From assembly GCF_022045235.1 (NCBI RefSeq), contig NW_027266341.1, positions 53,320,001 through 53,384,000 on the forward strand: a stretch of 64,000 nt of DNA, written 5' to 3'. Below, piece by piece: positions 12,377 through 26,633 of this stretch. The notes beneath the pieces were generated by a model. It saw only the letters and a list, made by a program, of their open reading frames with translations, did no database searches and was not told where the DNA came from. A program made the position numbers and the translations under genes. Within the stretch, counting starts at the first letter, position 1. The number at the start of each line of letters is the position of its first letter. This DNA is from Haliotis cracherodii (taxonomy: Eukaryota).

Positions 12377-15189
12377 TGCCCGACGCTATAATGTACGAAC
12401 AGGTTTCATCTGAGAACCACATGTCAAGTTTACAATCTAACATTTTCAGTTATGACAATTGCAAATGGCGGCCGCCATCTTCAGTCCCGATACTGCTGCC
12501 TAACAACGACCAATTTCACGTCTAATTTAGCATGTTAATACTGTTAAGTGGAATAATTGTGATCTTAAATACCTTGAATTTGAAGCCTTGTATTCATCTT
12601 GGAAGAAGACACACTTGGAATGATACAGCAGTGAGCGAAACGTAGAGGTCAGCGGAGCAAAAGCGATCGTTTTTCTGTTGAAAACAGAAGGGACGTCGAT
12701 AACGGCAACGGTAACTACGTTACGGAGTTCGAGGAGTCAGAACGAGGCTCATCGCCAGCTTCCGGCGTGGTAAAGCCTAATGGCATTGCCAAGGGTGAAA
12801 ACTGCCGGGTTTATTTCGTCTGAACACCGGGATTAAGTTGTATCTTACAACTGAAACGTTGCCTACATCAGTTCAGAGTTTGAAAAAAATGTGCAGGTGA
12901 AACTAGGTGTTTTTCGTGCCTCCATTACTCGAAACAGGGTGAATTTTGTTCACTTTGATATGGACATTAACCTTAAACGTTTGCTAGGCCGAATAGCGAT
13001 ACCACATAACGACCCTCTATTATACTAACCTTCACAATACCTTTTACATTCGACAAACTGACACGGGCTAGCAGGCTAGTAAGAATGCACATCTCTGATA
13101 ATCCATGTGGGATTTGGGAATTATTCCCTATCCTACAGGGATAAAATAAAAGTTAAATGGTACTGGTATTTTCCAACGTGTGCAGCGACAGTTCTTATTT
13201 GGTTTGATTTCTAATCTGGAAACACGATGACCACAGAAAATAGCTAATAGGAGAGAAAGATAAATGACAAGCATATTGGTTTTTACTACACTAGGCCTGA
13301 GGGGCCGACCATTTCATGTTCGTTTGGAAGGGGGAGTGGGCGACGTTGGATTTTGTATGGAGACTAGATATTTTTCAGCTACAAATGCAAAATCAGTTAT
13401 AAACAATGAGCCTAAATAAAACATTTTTCAACAACCCACCTTGCAACAACGTATTTTTGGTGGCCGACATGTTCTTTTTGTCCAACATATGGAAGCCTAA
13501 TTAGTTTTCAATCAACTTTGGAGACAATATATTTTTTTTCTGAAAAAATCCTAGCCACCCACACACTCACAGTCAGAGAAATCCTATTGACCGTCCCATT
13601 TTGGAAACCTTGATGTGGACGTACAGGGGTAGAATTCAGACCCCTTGTATCATTTAGGTATTTTTGTAGAATGCCAGATACGAATATTACGTCATATATA
13701 TATATTAATCTACTCTTGCATACGAGTAGGTGTCAATATAGGCTTTCTACTTGCGCCTGGCCTCGGCCTATGTATAAAAGCATGCCCTCTGCAATTTCTG
13801 AAGACCACGGGCCAAAAGACAAGCAGTGAGGTGATGAGACGAGTGGAATCCAATATTGACTGAGGCGAAGGGAGATCACTCTCAACCCCTTGTCCGACTA
13901 CTGCTATTAGTTGGGTGAAGTGCTCGTAATATATCCCATGTGGCGACACTTGTGTTTTAGAGAAGAAAGGCAATTCTCGATTCGCACTCCTTTAAAAGGA
14001 AGCCACGATTATTGTTACATTAGAAACGATTAGCTATTATATTGGAATATAAAATTTATTCCAGATAACAAAGTATCAGAGAGCTGTCCTCAGAGAATAT
14101 CCCGTGTCACAATTGTCGCCACATAAACATTTAGAAGTGTCTGATCTTAAGGTAACCCCACCTATTTAGAAATCTTCTGCTAAGTGCAGATCATGAAATT
14201 GGGACACAGCAGCACAGCAATATAGAGGCAGCATTCACTTTTTAACAATATCCATATGAATTTATGTCACATGTTCGGAAATCTTGAGGATTTGGCCAAT
14301 ATTGCGATGCTGCTGTCGCCCATATATTATTAGCTGTAAGGAAGAAACACTGTAGAGAAAACAGACGACTTGTGTATACATTACAGAAACATTTATTCAG
14401 ATGACCGAAAGTCGAAAGTAATATGCCTCAAGGGAGATCCAAAAACGGGCCAAAATTGTATAGAAAGTATGGTCTTGTGCCATGCTAATAAACCAAGAGG
14501 TTTGCCGAAAGGAAACTGAAGGTCGGGCCAAAACAGTGAGCCTAAAAATACGCCAAAAATACGCTAAGAGCGGNNNNNNNNNNNNNNNNNNNNNNNNNNN
14601 NNNNNNNNNNNNNNNNNNNNNNNNNNNNNNNNNNNNNNNNNNNNNNNNNNNNNNNNNNNNNNNNNNNNNNNNNNNNNNNNNNNNNNNNNNNNNNNNNNNN
14701 NNNNNTTACTCTAACTCTCACCTCTAACATACATACACTCTCCCTCTCACACATACAAACATACATACACACATTATTATGCATACATGCCCATTCACTC
14801 TCTCACACTCACACGCAAATACACACACATACATGCATACAGACAGAAACAGACAGACATGCCAATTCAATCTTTCATTTACTCTCACACACACTCACAC
14901 ATTACACACACACACAAACATACATATTCATTCAGTCTCTCTTTCTCACACACATATACATACACACACATGCATGTTCATTCAAACTTATATTNNNNNN
15001 NNNNNNNNNNNNNNNNNNNNNNNNNNNNNNNNNNNNNNNNNNNNNNNNNNNNNNNNNNNNNNNNNNNNNNNNNNNNNNNNNNNNNNNNNNNNNNNNNNNN
15101 NNNNNNNNNNNNNNNNNNNNNNNNNNNNNNNNNNNNNNNNNNNNNNNNNNNTCACTTGCACACATTCAGACATTAAAAGGATAAGGAGT

Positions 15190-15953
15190 CTAAGAGAAGA
15201 TCTTCCTAAAGAAGGCAGCCGCTCTCGTCAGCGCCTTTCTAAGGGGATGAATCTCTCTGTCATCCACAAAGCTGTGGTCGTCGTCGTCCTCGTACACCCA
15301 GTAGTCACTGTCATCGTCGTCACTTGGGGCAGGATAGTAAGCGGCGTGGTTGATGGTGACAGGGGCGGGGAGCGTCTCACCGTAGACAGGGCGGGCCCAG
15401 AACGGAGTGAAGACGCTCAGGGGGTCGGGACAACGGGAAGGGGACACAGCCAGGGAACGCTACACATCGAGGGGTGGAGGGAGGGACAAAGGAAGTCAAG
15501 TCAGACAGAAATACGGGATACTTTTGCATAGAAAACGAATCACACTTTATTATAGGGACTGGGCAGACTTAATGTGCAACAAATCAGCTATACTAGACGG
15601 AAGAACTTATAGGGTGGGCAAGTAAAACTACATACACAGTCGGACTCCTCATCCTGAGACGGCCACAAACTCACAGCCGCAGGAGTGCCATAATAGCGAA
15701 TTATGTCCTCCCGAGCTGAAAAAGAAAAACGAAAGCTAGCCTCAGTTAAATGTACGCCGACGGCTACGTTCAAAAAATCACAATTCATGACTTCTGACAG
15801 CTACAGTATGACACTCGACCTCGGCCCTTTGACACCTCGAAGTCCAAGTGTATGTAGGGTTACAGGCTGTGCTGCAAGACGACATTTAACCAATAAAATG
15901 GGCCAAACAGCTCCCTTTCACGGAAAACGGGTTATCTTACATCTGTACAACAT
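15190..15953 (-). CDS. Array orphan gene copy 5 (3 exons)
   Basis: As copy 1. Confidence 0.65.
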
Positions 15954-18747
15954 CGCCCGACGCTATAATGTACGAACAGGTTTCATCTGAGAACCACATG
16001 TCAAGTTTACAATCTAACATTTTCAGTTATGACAATTGCAAATGGCGGCCGCCATCTTCAGTCCCGATACTGCTGCCTAACAACGACCAATTTCACGTCT
16101 AATTTAGCATGTTAATACTGTTAAGTGGAATAATTGTGATCTTAAATACCTTGAATGTGAAGCCTTGTATTCATCTTGGAAGAAGACACACTTGGAATGA
16201 TACAGCAGTGAGCGAAACGTAGAGGTCAGCGGAGCAAAAGCGATCGTTTTTCTGTTGAAAACAGAAGGGACGTCGATAACGGCAACGGTAACTACGTTAC
16301 GGAGTTCGAGGAGTCAGAACGAGGCTCATCGCCAGCTTCCGGCGTGGTAAAGCCTAATGGCATTGCCAAGGGTGAAAACTGCCGGGTTTATTTCGTCTGA
16401 ACACCGGGATTAAGTTGTATCTTACAACTGAAACGTTGCCTACATCAGTTCATAGTTAAAAAAAATGTGCAGGTGAAACTAGGTGTTTTTCGTGCCTCCA
16501 TTACTCGAAACAGGGTGAATTTTGTTCACTTTGATATGGACATTAACCTTAAACGTTTGCTAGGCCGAATAGCGATACCACATAACGACCCTCTATTATA
16601 CTAACCTTCACAATACCTTTTACATTCGACAAACTGACACGGGCTAGCAGGCTAGTAAGAATGCACATCTCTGATAATCCATGTGGGATTTGGGAATTAT
16701 TCCCTATCCTACAGGGATAAAATAAAAGTTAAATGGTACTGGTATTTTCCAACGTGTGCAGCGACAGTTCTTATTTGGTTTGATTTCTAATCTGGAAACA
16801 CGATGACCACAGAAAATAGCTAATAGGAGAGAAAGATAAATGACAAGCATATTGGTTTTTACTACACTAGGCCTGAGGGGCCGACCATTTCATGTTCCTT
16901 TGGAAGGGGGAGTGGGCGACGTTGGATTTTGTATGGAGACTAGATATTTTTCAGCTGCAAATGCAAAATCAGTTATAAACAATGAGCCTAAATAAAACAT
17001 TTTTCAAAAACCCACCTTGCAACAACGTATTTTTGGTGGCCGACATGTTCTTTTTGTCCAACAGATGGAAGCCTAATTAGTTTTCAATCAACTTTGGAGA
17101 CAATATATTTTTTTTCTGAAAAAATCCTAGCCACCCACACACTCACAGTCAGAGAAATCCTATTGACCGTCCCATTTTGGAAACCTTGATGTGGACGTAC
17201 AGGGGTAGAATTCAGACCCCTTGTATCATTTAGGTATTTTTGTAGAATGCCAGATACGAATATTACGTCATATATATATATTAATCTACTCTTGCATACG
17301 AGTAGGTGTCAATATAGGCTTTCTACTTGCGCCTGGCCTCGGCCTATGTATAAAAGCATGCCCTCTGCAATTTCTGAAGACCACGGGCCAAAAGACAAGC
17401 AGTGAGGTGATGAGACGAGTGGAATCCAATATTGACTGAGGCGAAGGGAGATCACTCTCAACCCCTTGTCCGACTACTGCTATTAGTTGGGTGAAGTGCT
17501 CGTAATATATCCCATGTGGCGACACTTGTGTTTTAGAGAAGAAAGGCAATTCTCGATTCGCACTCCTTTAAAAGGAAGCCACGATTATTGTTACATTAGA
17601 AACGATTAGCTATTATATTGGAATATAAAATTTATTCCAGATAACAAAGTATCAGAGAGCTGTCCTCAGAGAATATCCCGTGTCACAATTGTCGCCACAT
17701 AAACATTTAGAAGTGTCTGATCTTAAGGTAACCCCACCTATTTAGAAATCTTCTGCTAAGTGCAGATCATGAAACTGGGACACAGCAGCACAGCAATATA
17801 GAGGCAGCATTCACTTTTTAACAATATCCATATGAATTTATGTCACATGTTCGGAAATCTTGAGGATTTGGCCAATATTGCGATGCTGCTGTCGCCCATA
17901 TATTATTAGCTGTAAGGAAGAAACACTGTAGAGAAAACAGACGACTTGTGTATACATTACAGAAACATTTATTCAGATGACCGAAAGTCGAAAGTAATAT
18001 GCCTCAAAGGAGATCCAAAAACGGGCCAAAATTGTATAGAAAGTATGGTCTTGTGCCATGCTAATAAACCAAGAGGTTTGCCGAAAGGAAACTGAAGGTC
18101 GGGCCAAAACAGTGAGCCTAAAAATACGCCAAAAATACGCTAAGAGCGGNNNNNNNNNNNNNNNNNNNNNNNNNNNNNNNNNNNNNNNNNNNNNNNNNNN
18201 NNNNNNNNNNNNNNNNNNNNNNNNNNNNNNNNNNNNNNNNNNNNNNNNNNNNNNNNNNNNNNNNNNNNNNNNNNNNNNNTTACTCTAACTCTCACCTCTA
18301 ACATACATACACTCTCCCTCTCATACATACAAACATACATACACACATTATTATGCATACATGCTCATTCACTCTCTCACACTCACACGCAAATACACAC
18401 ACATACATGCATACAGACAGAAACAGACAGACATGCCAATTCAATCTTTCATTTACTCTCACACACACGCACACATTACACACACACACAAACATACATA
18501 TTCATTCAGTCTCTCTTTCTCACACACATATACATACACACACATGCATGTTCATTCAAACTTATATTNNNNNNNNNNNNNNNNNNNNNNNNNNNNNNNN
18601 NNNNNNNNNNNNNNNNNNNNNNNNNNNNNNNNNNNNNNNNNNNNNNNNNNNNNNNNNNNNNNNNNNNNNNNNNNNNNNNNNNNNNNNNNNNNNNNNNNNN
18701 NNNNNNNNNTCACTTGCACACATTCAGACATTAAAAGGATAAGGAGT

Positions 18748-19511
18748 CTAAGAGAAGATCTTCCTAAAGAAGGCAGCCGCTCTCGTCAGCGCCTTTCTAA
18801 GGGGATGAATCTCTCTGTCATCCACAAAGCTGTGGTCGTCGTCGTCCTCGTACACCCAGTAGTCACTGTCATCGTCGTCACTTGGGGCAGGATAGTAAGC
18901 GGCGTGGTTGATGGTGACAGGGGCGGGGAGCGTCTCACCGTAGACAGGGCGGGCCCAGAACGGAGTGAAGACGCTCAGGGGGTCGGGACAACGGGAAGGG
19001 GACACAGCCAGGGAACGCTACACATCGAGGGGTGGAGGGAGGGACAAAGGAAGTCAAGTCAGACAGAAATACGGGATAATTTTGCATAGAAAACGAATCA
19101 CACTTTATTATAGGGACTGGGCAGACTTAATGTGCAACAAATCAGCTATACTAGACGGAAGAACTTATAGGGTGGGCAAGTAAAACTACATACACAGTCG
19201 GACTCCTCATCCTGAGACGGCCACAAACTCACAGCCGCAGGAGTGCCATAATAGCGAATTATGTCCTCCCGAGCTGAAAAAGAAAAACGAAAGCTAGCCT
19301 CAGTTAAATGTACGCCGACGGCTACGTTCAAAAAATCACAATTCATGACTTCTGACAGCTACAGTATGACACTCGACCTCGGCCCTTTGACACCTCGAAG
19401 TCCAAGTGTATGTAGGGTTACAGGCTGTGCTGCAAGACGACATTTAACCAATAAAATGGGCCAAACAGCTCCCTTTCACGGAAAACGGGTTATCTTACAT
19501 CTGTACAACAT
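18748..19511 (-). CDS. Array orphan gene copy 6 (3 exons)
   Basis: As copy 1. Confidence 0.65.
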
Positions 19512-22309
19512 CGCCCGACGCTATAATGTACGAACAGGTTTCATCTGAGAACCACATGTCAAGTTTACAATCTAACATTTTCAGTTATGACAATTGCAAA
19601 TGGCGGCCGCCATCTTCAGTCCCGATACTGCTGCCTAACAACGACCAATTTCACGTCTAATTTAGCATGTTAATACTGTTAAGTGGAATAATTGTGATCT
19701 TAAATACCTTGAATGTGAAGCCTTGTATTCATCTTGGAAGAAGACACACTTGGAATGATACAGCAGTGAGCGAAACGTAGAGGTCAGCGGAGCAAAAGCG
19801 ATCGTTTTTCTGTTGAAAACAGAAGGGACGTCGATAACGGCAACGGTAACTACGTTACGGAGTTCGAGGAGTCAGAACGAGGCTCATCGCCAGCTTCCGG
19901 CGTGGTAAAGCCTAATGGCATTGCCAAGGGTGAAAACTGCCGGGTTTATTTCGTCTGAACACCGGGATTAAGTTGTATCTTACAACTGAAACGTTGCCTA
20001 CATCAGTTCATAGTTAAAAAAAATGTGCAGGTGAAACTAGGTGTTTTTCGTGCCTCCATTACTCGAAACAGGGTGAATTTTGTTCACTTTGATATGGACA
20101 TTAACCTTAAACGTTTGCTAGGCCGAATAGCGATACCACATAACGACCCTCTATTATACTAACCTTCACAATACCTTTTACATTCGACAAACTGACACGG
20201 GCTAGCAGGCTAGTAAGAATGCACATCTCTGATAATCCATGTGGGATTTGGGAATTATTCCCTATCCTACAGGGATAAAATAAAAGTTAAATGGTACTGG
20301 TATTTTCCAACGTGTGCAGCGACAGTTCTTATTTGGTTTGATTTCTAATCTGGAAACACGATGACCACAGAAAATAGCTAATAGGAGAGAAAGATAAATG
20401 ACAAGCATATTGGTTTTTACTACACTAGGCCTGAGGGGCCGACCATTTCATGTTCCTTTGGAAGGGGGAGTGGGCGACGTTGGATTTTGTATGGAGACTA
20501 GATATTTTTCAGCTGCAAATGCAAAATCAGTTATAAACAATGAGCCTAAATAAAACATTTTTCAAAAACCCACCTTGCAACAACGTATTTTTGGTGGCCG
20601 ACATGTTCTTTTTGTCCAACATATGGAAGCCTAATTAGTTTTCAATCAACTTTGGAGACAATATATTTTTTTTCTGAAAAAATCCTAGCCACCCACACAC
20701 TCACAGTCAGAGAAATCCTATTGACCGTCCCATTTTGGAAACCTTGATGTGGACGTACAGGGGTAGAATTCAGACCCCTTGTATCATTTAGGTATTTTTG
20801 TAGAATGCCAGATACGAATATTACGTCATATATATATATTAATCTACTCTTGCATACGAGTAGGTGTCAATATAGGCTTTCTACTTGCGCCTGGCCTCGG
20901 CCTATGTATAAAAGCATGCCCTCTGCAATTTCTGAAGACCACGGGCCAAAAGACAAGCAGTGAGGTGATGAGACGAGTGGAATCCAATATTGACTGAGGC
21001 GAAGGGAGATCACTCTCAACCCCTTGTCCGACTACTGCTATTAGTTGGGTGAAGTGCTCGTAATATATCCCATGTGGCGACACTTGTGTTTTAGAGAAGA
21101 AAGGCAATTCTCGATTCGCACTCCTTTAAAAGGAAGCCACGATTATTGTTACATTAGAAACGATTAGCTATTATATTGGAATATAAAATTTATTCCAGAT
21201 AACAAAGTATCAGAGAGCTGTCCTCAGAGAATATCCCGTGTCACAATTGTCGCCACATAAACATTTAGAAGTGTCTGATCTTAAGGTAACCCCACCTATT
21301 TAGAAATCTTCTGCTAAGTGCAGATCATGAAACTGGGACACAGCAGCACAGCAATATAGAGGCAGCATTCACTTTTTAACAATATCCATATGAATTTATG
21401 TCACATGTTCGGAAATCTTGAGGATTTGGCCAATATTGCGATGCTGCTGTCGCCCATATATTATTAGCTGTAAGGAAGAAACACTGTAGAGAAAACAGAC
21501 GACTTGTGTATACATTACAGAAACATTTATTCAGATGACCGAAAGTCGAAAGTAATATGCCTCAAAGGAGATCCAAAAACGGGCCAAAATTGTATAGAAA
21601 GTATGGTCTTGTGCCATGCTAATAAACCAAGAGGTTTGCCGAAAGGAAACTGAAGGTCGGGCCAAAACAGTGAGCCTAAAAATACGCCAAAAATACGCTA
21701 AGAGCGGNNNNNNNNNNNNNNNNNNNNNNNNNNNNNNNNNNNNNNNNNNNNNNNNNNNNNNNNNNNNNNNNNNNNNNNNNNNNNNNNNNNNNNNNNNNNN
21801 NNNNNNNNNNNNNNNNNNNNNNNNNNNNNNNNNNNNNNNNNNNNNNNNNTCATTTACTCTAACTCTCACCTCTAACATACATACACTCTCCCTCTCATAC
21901 ATACAAACATACATACACACATTATTATGCATACATGCTCATTCACTCTCTCACACTCACACGCAAATACACACACATACATGCATACAGACAGAAACAG
22001 ACAGACATGCCAATTCAATCTTTCATTTACTCTCACACACACGCACACATTACACACACACACAAACATACATATTCATTCAGTCTCTCTTTCTCACAAA
22101 CATATACATACACACACATGCATGTTCATTCAAACTTATATTNNNNNNNNNNNNNNNNNNNNNNNNNNNNNNNNNNNNNNNNNNNNNNNNNNNNNNNNNN
22201 NNNNNNNNNNNNNNNNNNNNNNNNNNNNNNNNNNNNNNNNNNNNNNNNNNNNNNNNNNNNNNNNNNNNNNNNNACTTGCACACATTCAGACATTAAAAGG
22301 ATAAGGAGT

Positions 22310-23073
22310 CTAAGAGAAGATCTTCCTAAAGAAGGCAGCCGCTCTCGTCAGCGCCTTTCTAAGGGGATGAATCTCTCTGTCATCCACAAAGCTGTGGTCG
22401 TCGTCGTCCTCGTACACCCAGTAGTCACTGTCATCGTCGTCACTTGGGGCAGGATAGTAAGCGGCGTGGTTGATGGTGACAGGGGCGGGGAGCGTCTCAC
22501 CGTAGACAGGGCGGGCCCAGAACGGAGTGAAGACGCTCAGGGGGTCGGGACAACGGGAAGGGGACACAGCCAGGGAACGCTACACATCGAGGGGTGGAGG
22601 GAGGGACAAAGGAAGTCAAGTCAGACAGAAATACGGGATAATTTTGCATAGAAAACGAATCACACTTTATTATAGGGACTGGGCAGACTTAATGTGCAAC
22701 AAATCAGCTATACTAGACGGAAGAACTTATAGGGTGGGCAAGTAAAACTACATACACAGTCGGACTCCTCATCCTGAGACGGCCACAAACTCACAGCCGC
22801 AGGAGTGCCATAATAGCGAATTATGTCCTCCCGAGCTGAAAAAGAAAAACGAAAGCTAGCCTCAGTTAAATGTACGCCGACGGCTACGTTCAAAAAATCA
22901 CAATTCATGACTTCTGACAGCTACAGTATGACACTCGACCTCGGCCCTTTGACACCTCGAAGTCCAAGTGTATGTAGGGTTACAGGCTGTGCTGCAAGAC
23001 GACATTTAACCAATAAAATGGGCCAAACAGCTCCCTTTCACGGAAAACGGGTTATCTTACATCTGTACAACAT
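22310..23073 (-). CDS. Array orphan gene copy 7 (3 exons)
   Basis: As copy 1. Confidence 0.65.
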
Positions 23074-25283
23074 CGCCCGACGCTATAATGTACGAACAGG
23101 TTTCATCTGAGAACCACATGTCAAGTTTACAATCTAACATTTTCAGTTATGACAATTGCAAATGGCGGCCGCCATCTTCAGTCCCGATACTGCTGCCTAA
23201 CAACGACCAATTTCACGTCTAATTTAGCATGTTAATACTGTTAAGTGGAATAATTGTGATCTTAAATACCTTGAATGTGAAGCCTTGTATTCATCTTGGA
23301 AGAAGACACACTTGGAATGATACAGCAGTGAGCGAAACGTAGAGGTCAGCGGAGCAAAAGCGATCGTTTTTCTGTTGAAAACAGAAGGGACGTCGATAAC
23401 GGCAACGGTAACTACGTTACGGAGTTCGAGGAGTCAGAACGAGGCTCATCGCCAGCTTCCGGCGTGGTAAAGCCTAATGGCATTGCCAAGGGTGAAAACT
23501 GCCGGGTTTATTTCGTCTGAACACCGGGATTAAGTTGTATCTTACAACTGAAACGTTGCCTACATCAGTTCATAGTTAAAAAAAATGTGCAGGTGAAACT
23601 AGGTGTTTTTCGTGCCTCCATTACTCGAAACAGGGTGAATTTTGTTCACTTTGATATGGACATTAACCTTAAACGTTTGCTAGGCCGAATAGCGATACCA
23701 CATAACGACCCTCTATTATACTAACCTTCACAATACCTTTTACATTCGACAAACTGACACGGGCTAGCAGGCTAGTAAGAATGCACATCTCTGATAATCC
23801 ATGTGGGATTTGGGAATTATTCCCTATCCTACAGGGATAAAATAAAAGTTAAATGGTACTGGTATTTTCCAACGTGTGCAGCGACAGTTCTTATTTGGTT
23901 TGATTTCTAATCTGGAAACACGATGACCACAGAAAACAGCTAATAGGAGAGAAAGATAAATGACAAGCATATTGGTTTTTACTACACTAGGCCTGAGGGG
24001 CCGACCATTTCATGTTCGTTTGGAAGGGGGAGTGGGCGACGTTGGATTTTGTATGGAGACTAGATATTTTTCAGCTGCAAATGCAAAATCAGTTATAAAC
24101 AATGAGCCTAAATAAAACATTTTTCAAAAACCCACCTTGCAACAACGTATTTTTGGTGGCCGACATGTTCTTTTTGTCCAACATATGGAAGCCTAATTAG
24201 TTTTCAATCAACTTTGGAGACAATATATTTTTTTTCTGAAAAAATCCTAGCCACCCACACACTCACAGTCAGAGAAATCCTATTGACCGTCCCATTTTGG
24301 AAACCTTGATGTGGACGTACAGGGGTAGAATTCAGACCCCTTGTATCATTTAGGTATTTTTGTAGAATGCCAGATACGAATATTACGTCATATATATATA
24401 TTAATCTACTCTTGCATACGAGTAGGTGTCAATATAGGCTTTCTACTTGCGCCTGGCCTCGGCCTATGTATAAAAGCATGCCCTCTGCAATTTCTGAAGA
24501 CCACGGGCCAAAAGACAAGCAGTGAGGTGATGAGACGAGTGGAATCCAATATTGACTGAGGCGAAGGGAGATCACTCTCAACCCCTTGTCCGACTACTGC
24601 TATTAGTTGGGTGAAGTGCTCGTAATATATCCCATGTGGCGACACTTGTGTTTTAGAGAAGAAAGGCAATTCTCGATTCGCACTCCTTTAAAAGGAAGCC
24701 ACGATTATTGTTACATTAGAAACGATTAGCTATTATATTGGAATATAAAATTTATTCCAGATAACAAAGTATCAGAGAGCTGTCCTCAGAGAATATCCCG
24801 TGTCACAATTGTCGCCACATAAACATTTAGAAGTGTCTGATCTTAAGGTAACCCCACCTATTTAGAAATCTTCTGCTAAGTGCAGATCATGAAACTGGGA
24901 CACAGCAGCACAGCAATATAGAGGCAGCATTCACTTTTTAACAATATCCATATGAATTTATGTCACATGTTCGGAAATCTTGAGGATTTGGCCAATATTG
25001 CGATGCTGCTGTCGCCCATATATTATTAGCTGTAAGGAAGAAACACTGTAGAGAAAACAGACGACTTGTGTATACATTACAGAAACATTTATTCAGATGA
25101 CCGAAAGTCGAAAGTAATATGCCTCAAAGGAGATCCAAAAACGGGCCAAAATTGTATAGAAAGTATGGTCTTGTGCCATGCTAATAAACCAAGAGGTTTG
25201 CCGAAAGGAAACTGAAGGTCGGGCCAAAACAGTGAGCCTAAAAATACGCCAAAAATACGCTAAGAGCGGGTATATGGAATGGT

Positions 25284-25363
<80 letters not shown>

Positions 25364-25869
25364 TCTCTCTCTCTCTCATACATGTATGCTCGTTCATTTA
25401 CTCTAACTCTCACCTCTAACATACATACACTCTCCCTCTCATACATACAAACATACATACACACATTATTATGCATACATGCTCATTCACTCTCTCACAC
25501 TCACACGCAAATACACACACATACATGCATACAGACAGAAACAGACAGACATGCCAATTCAATCTTTCATTTACTCTCACACACACGCACACATTACACA
25601 CACACACAAACATACATATTCATTCAGTCTCTCTTTCTCACAAACATATACATACACACACATGCATGTTCATTCAAACTTATATTTANNNNNNNNNNNN
25701 NNNNNNNNNNNNNNNNNNNNNNNNNNNNNNNNNNNNNNNNNNNNNNNNNNNNNNNNNNNNNNNNNNNNNNNNNNNNNNNNNNNNNNNNNNNNNNNNNNNN
25801 NNNNNNNNNNNNNNNNNNNNNNNNNNNNNNNTCACTTGCACACATTCAGACATTAAAAGGATAAGGAGT

Positions 25870-26633
25870 CTAAGAGAAGATCTTCCTAAAGAAGGCAGCC
25901 GCTCTCGTCAGCGCCTTTCTAAGGGGATGAATCTCTCTGTCATCCACAAAGCTGTGGTCGTCGTCGTCCTCGTACACCCAGTAGTCACTGTCATCGTCGT
26001 CACTTGGGGCAGGATAGTAAGCGGCGTGGTTGATGGTGACGGGGGCGGGGAGCGTCTCACCGTAGACAGGGCGGGCCCAGAACGGAGTGAAGACGCTCAG
26101 GGGGTCGGGACAACGGGAAGGGGACACAGCCAGGGAACGCTACACATCGAGGGGTGGAGGGAGGGACAAAGGAAGTCAAGTCAGACAGAAATACGGGATA
26201 CTTTTGCATAGAAAACGAATCACACTTTATTATAGGGACTGGGCAGACTTAATGTGCAACAAATCAGCTATACTAGACGGAAGAACTTATAGGGTGGGCA
26301 AGTAAAACTACATACACAGTCGGACTCCTCATCCTGAGACGGCCACAAACTCACAGCCGCAGGAGTGCCATAATAGCGAATTATGTCCTCCCGAGCTGAA
26401 AAAGAAAAACGAAAGCTAGCCTCAGTTAAATGTACGCCGACGGCTACGTTCAAAAAATCACAATTCATGACTTCTGACAGCTACAGTATGACACTCGACC
26501 TCGGCCCTTTGACACCTCGAAGTCCAAGTGTATGTAGGGTTACAGGCTGTGCTGCAAGACGACATTTAACCAATAAAATGGGCCAAACAGCTCCCTTTCA
26601 CGGAAAACGGGTTATCTTACATCTGTACAACAT
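25870..26633 (-). CDS. Array orphan gene copy 8 (3 exons)
   Basis: As copy 1; synonymous Pro change shared with copies 3 and 14. Confidence 0.65.
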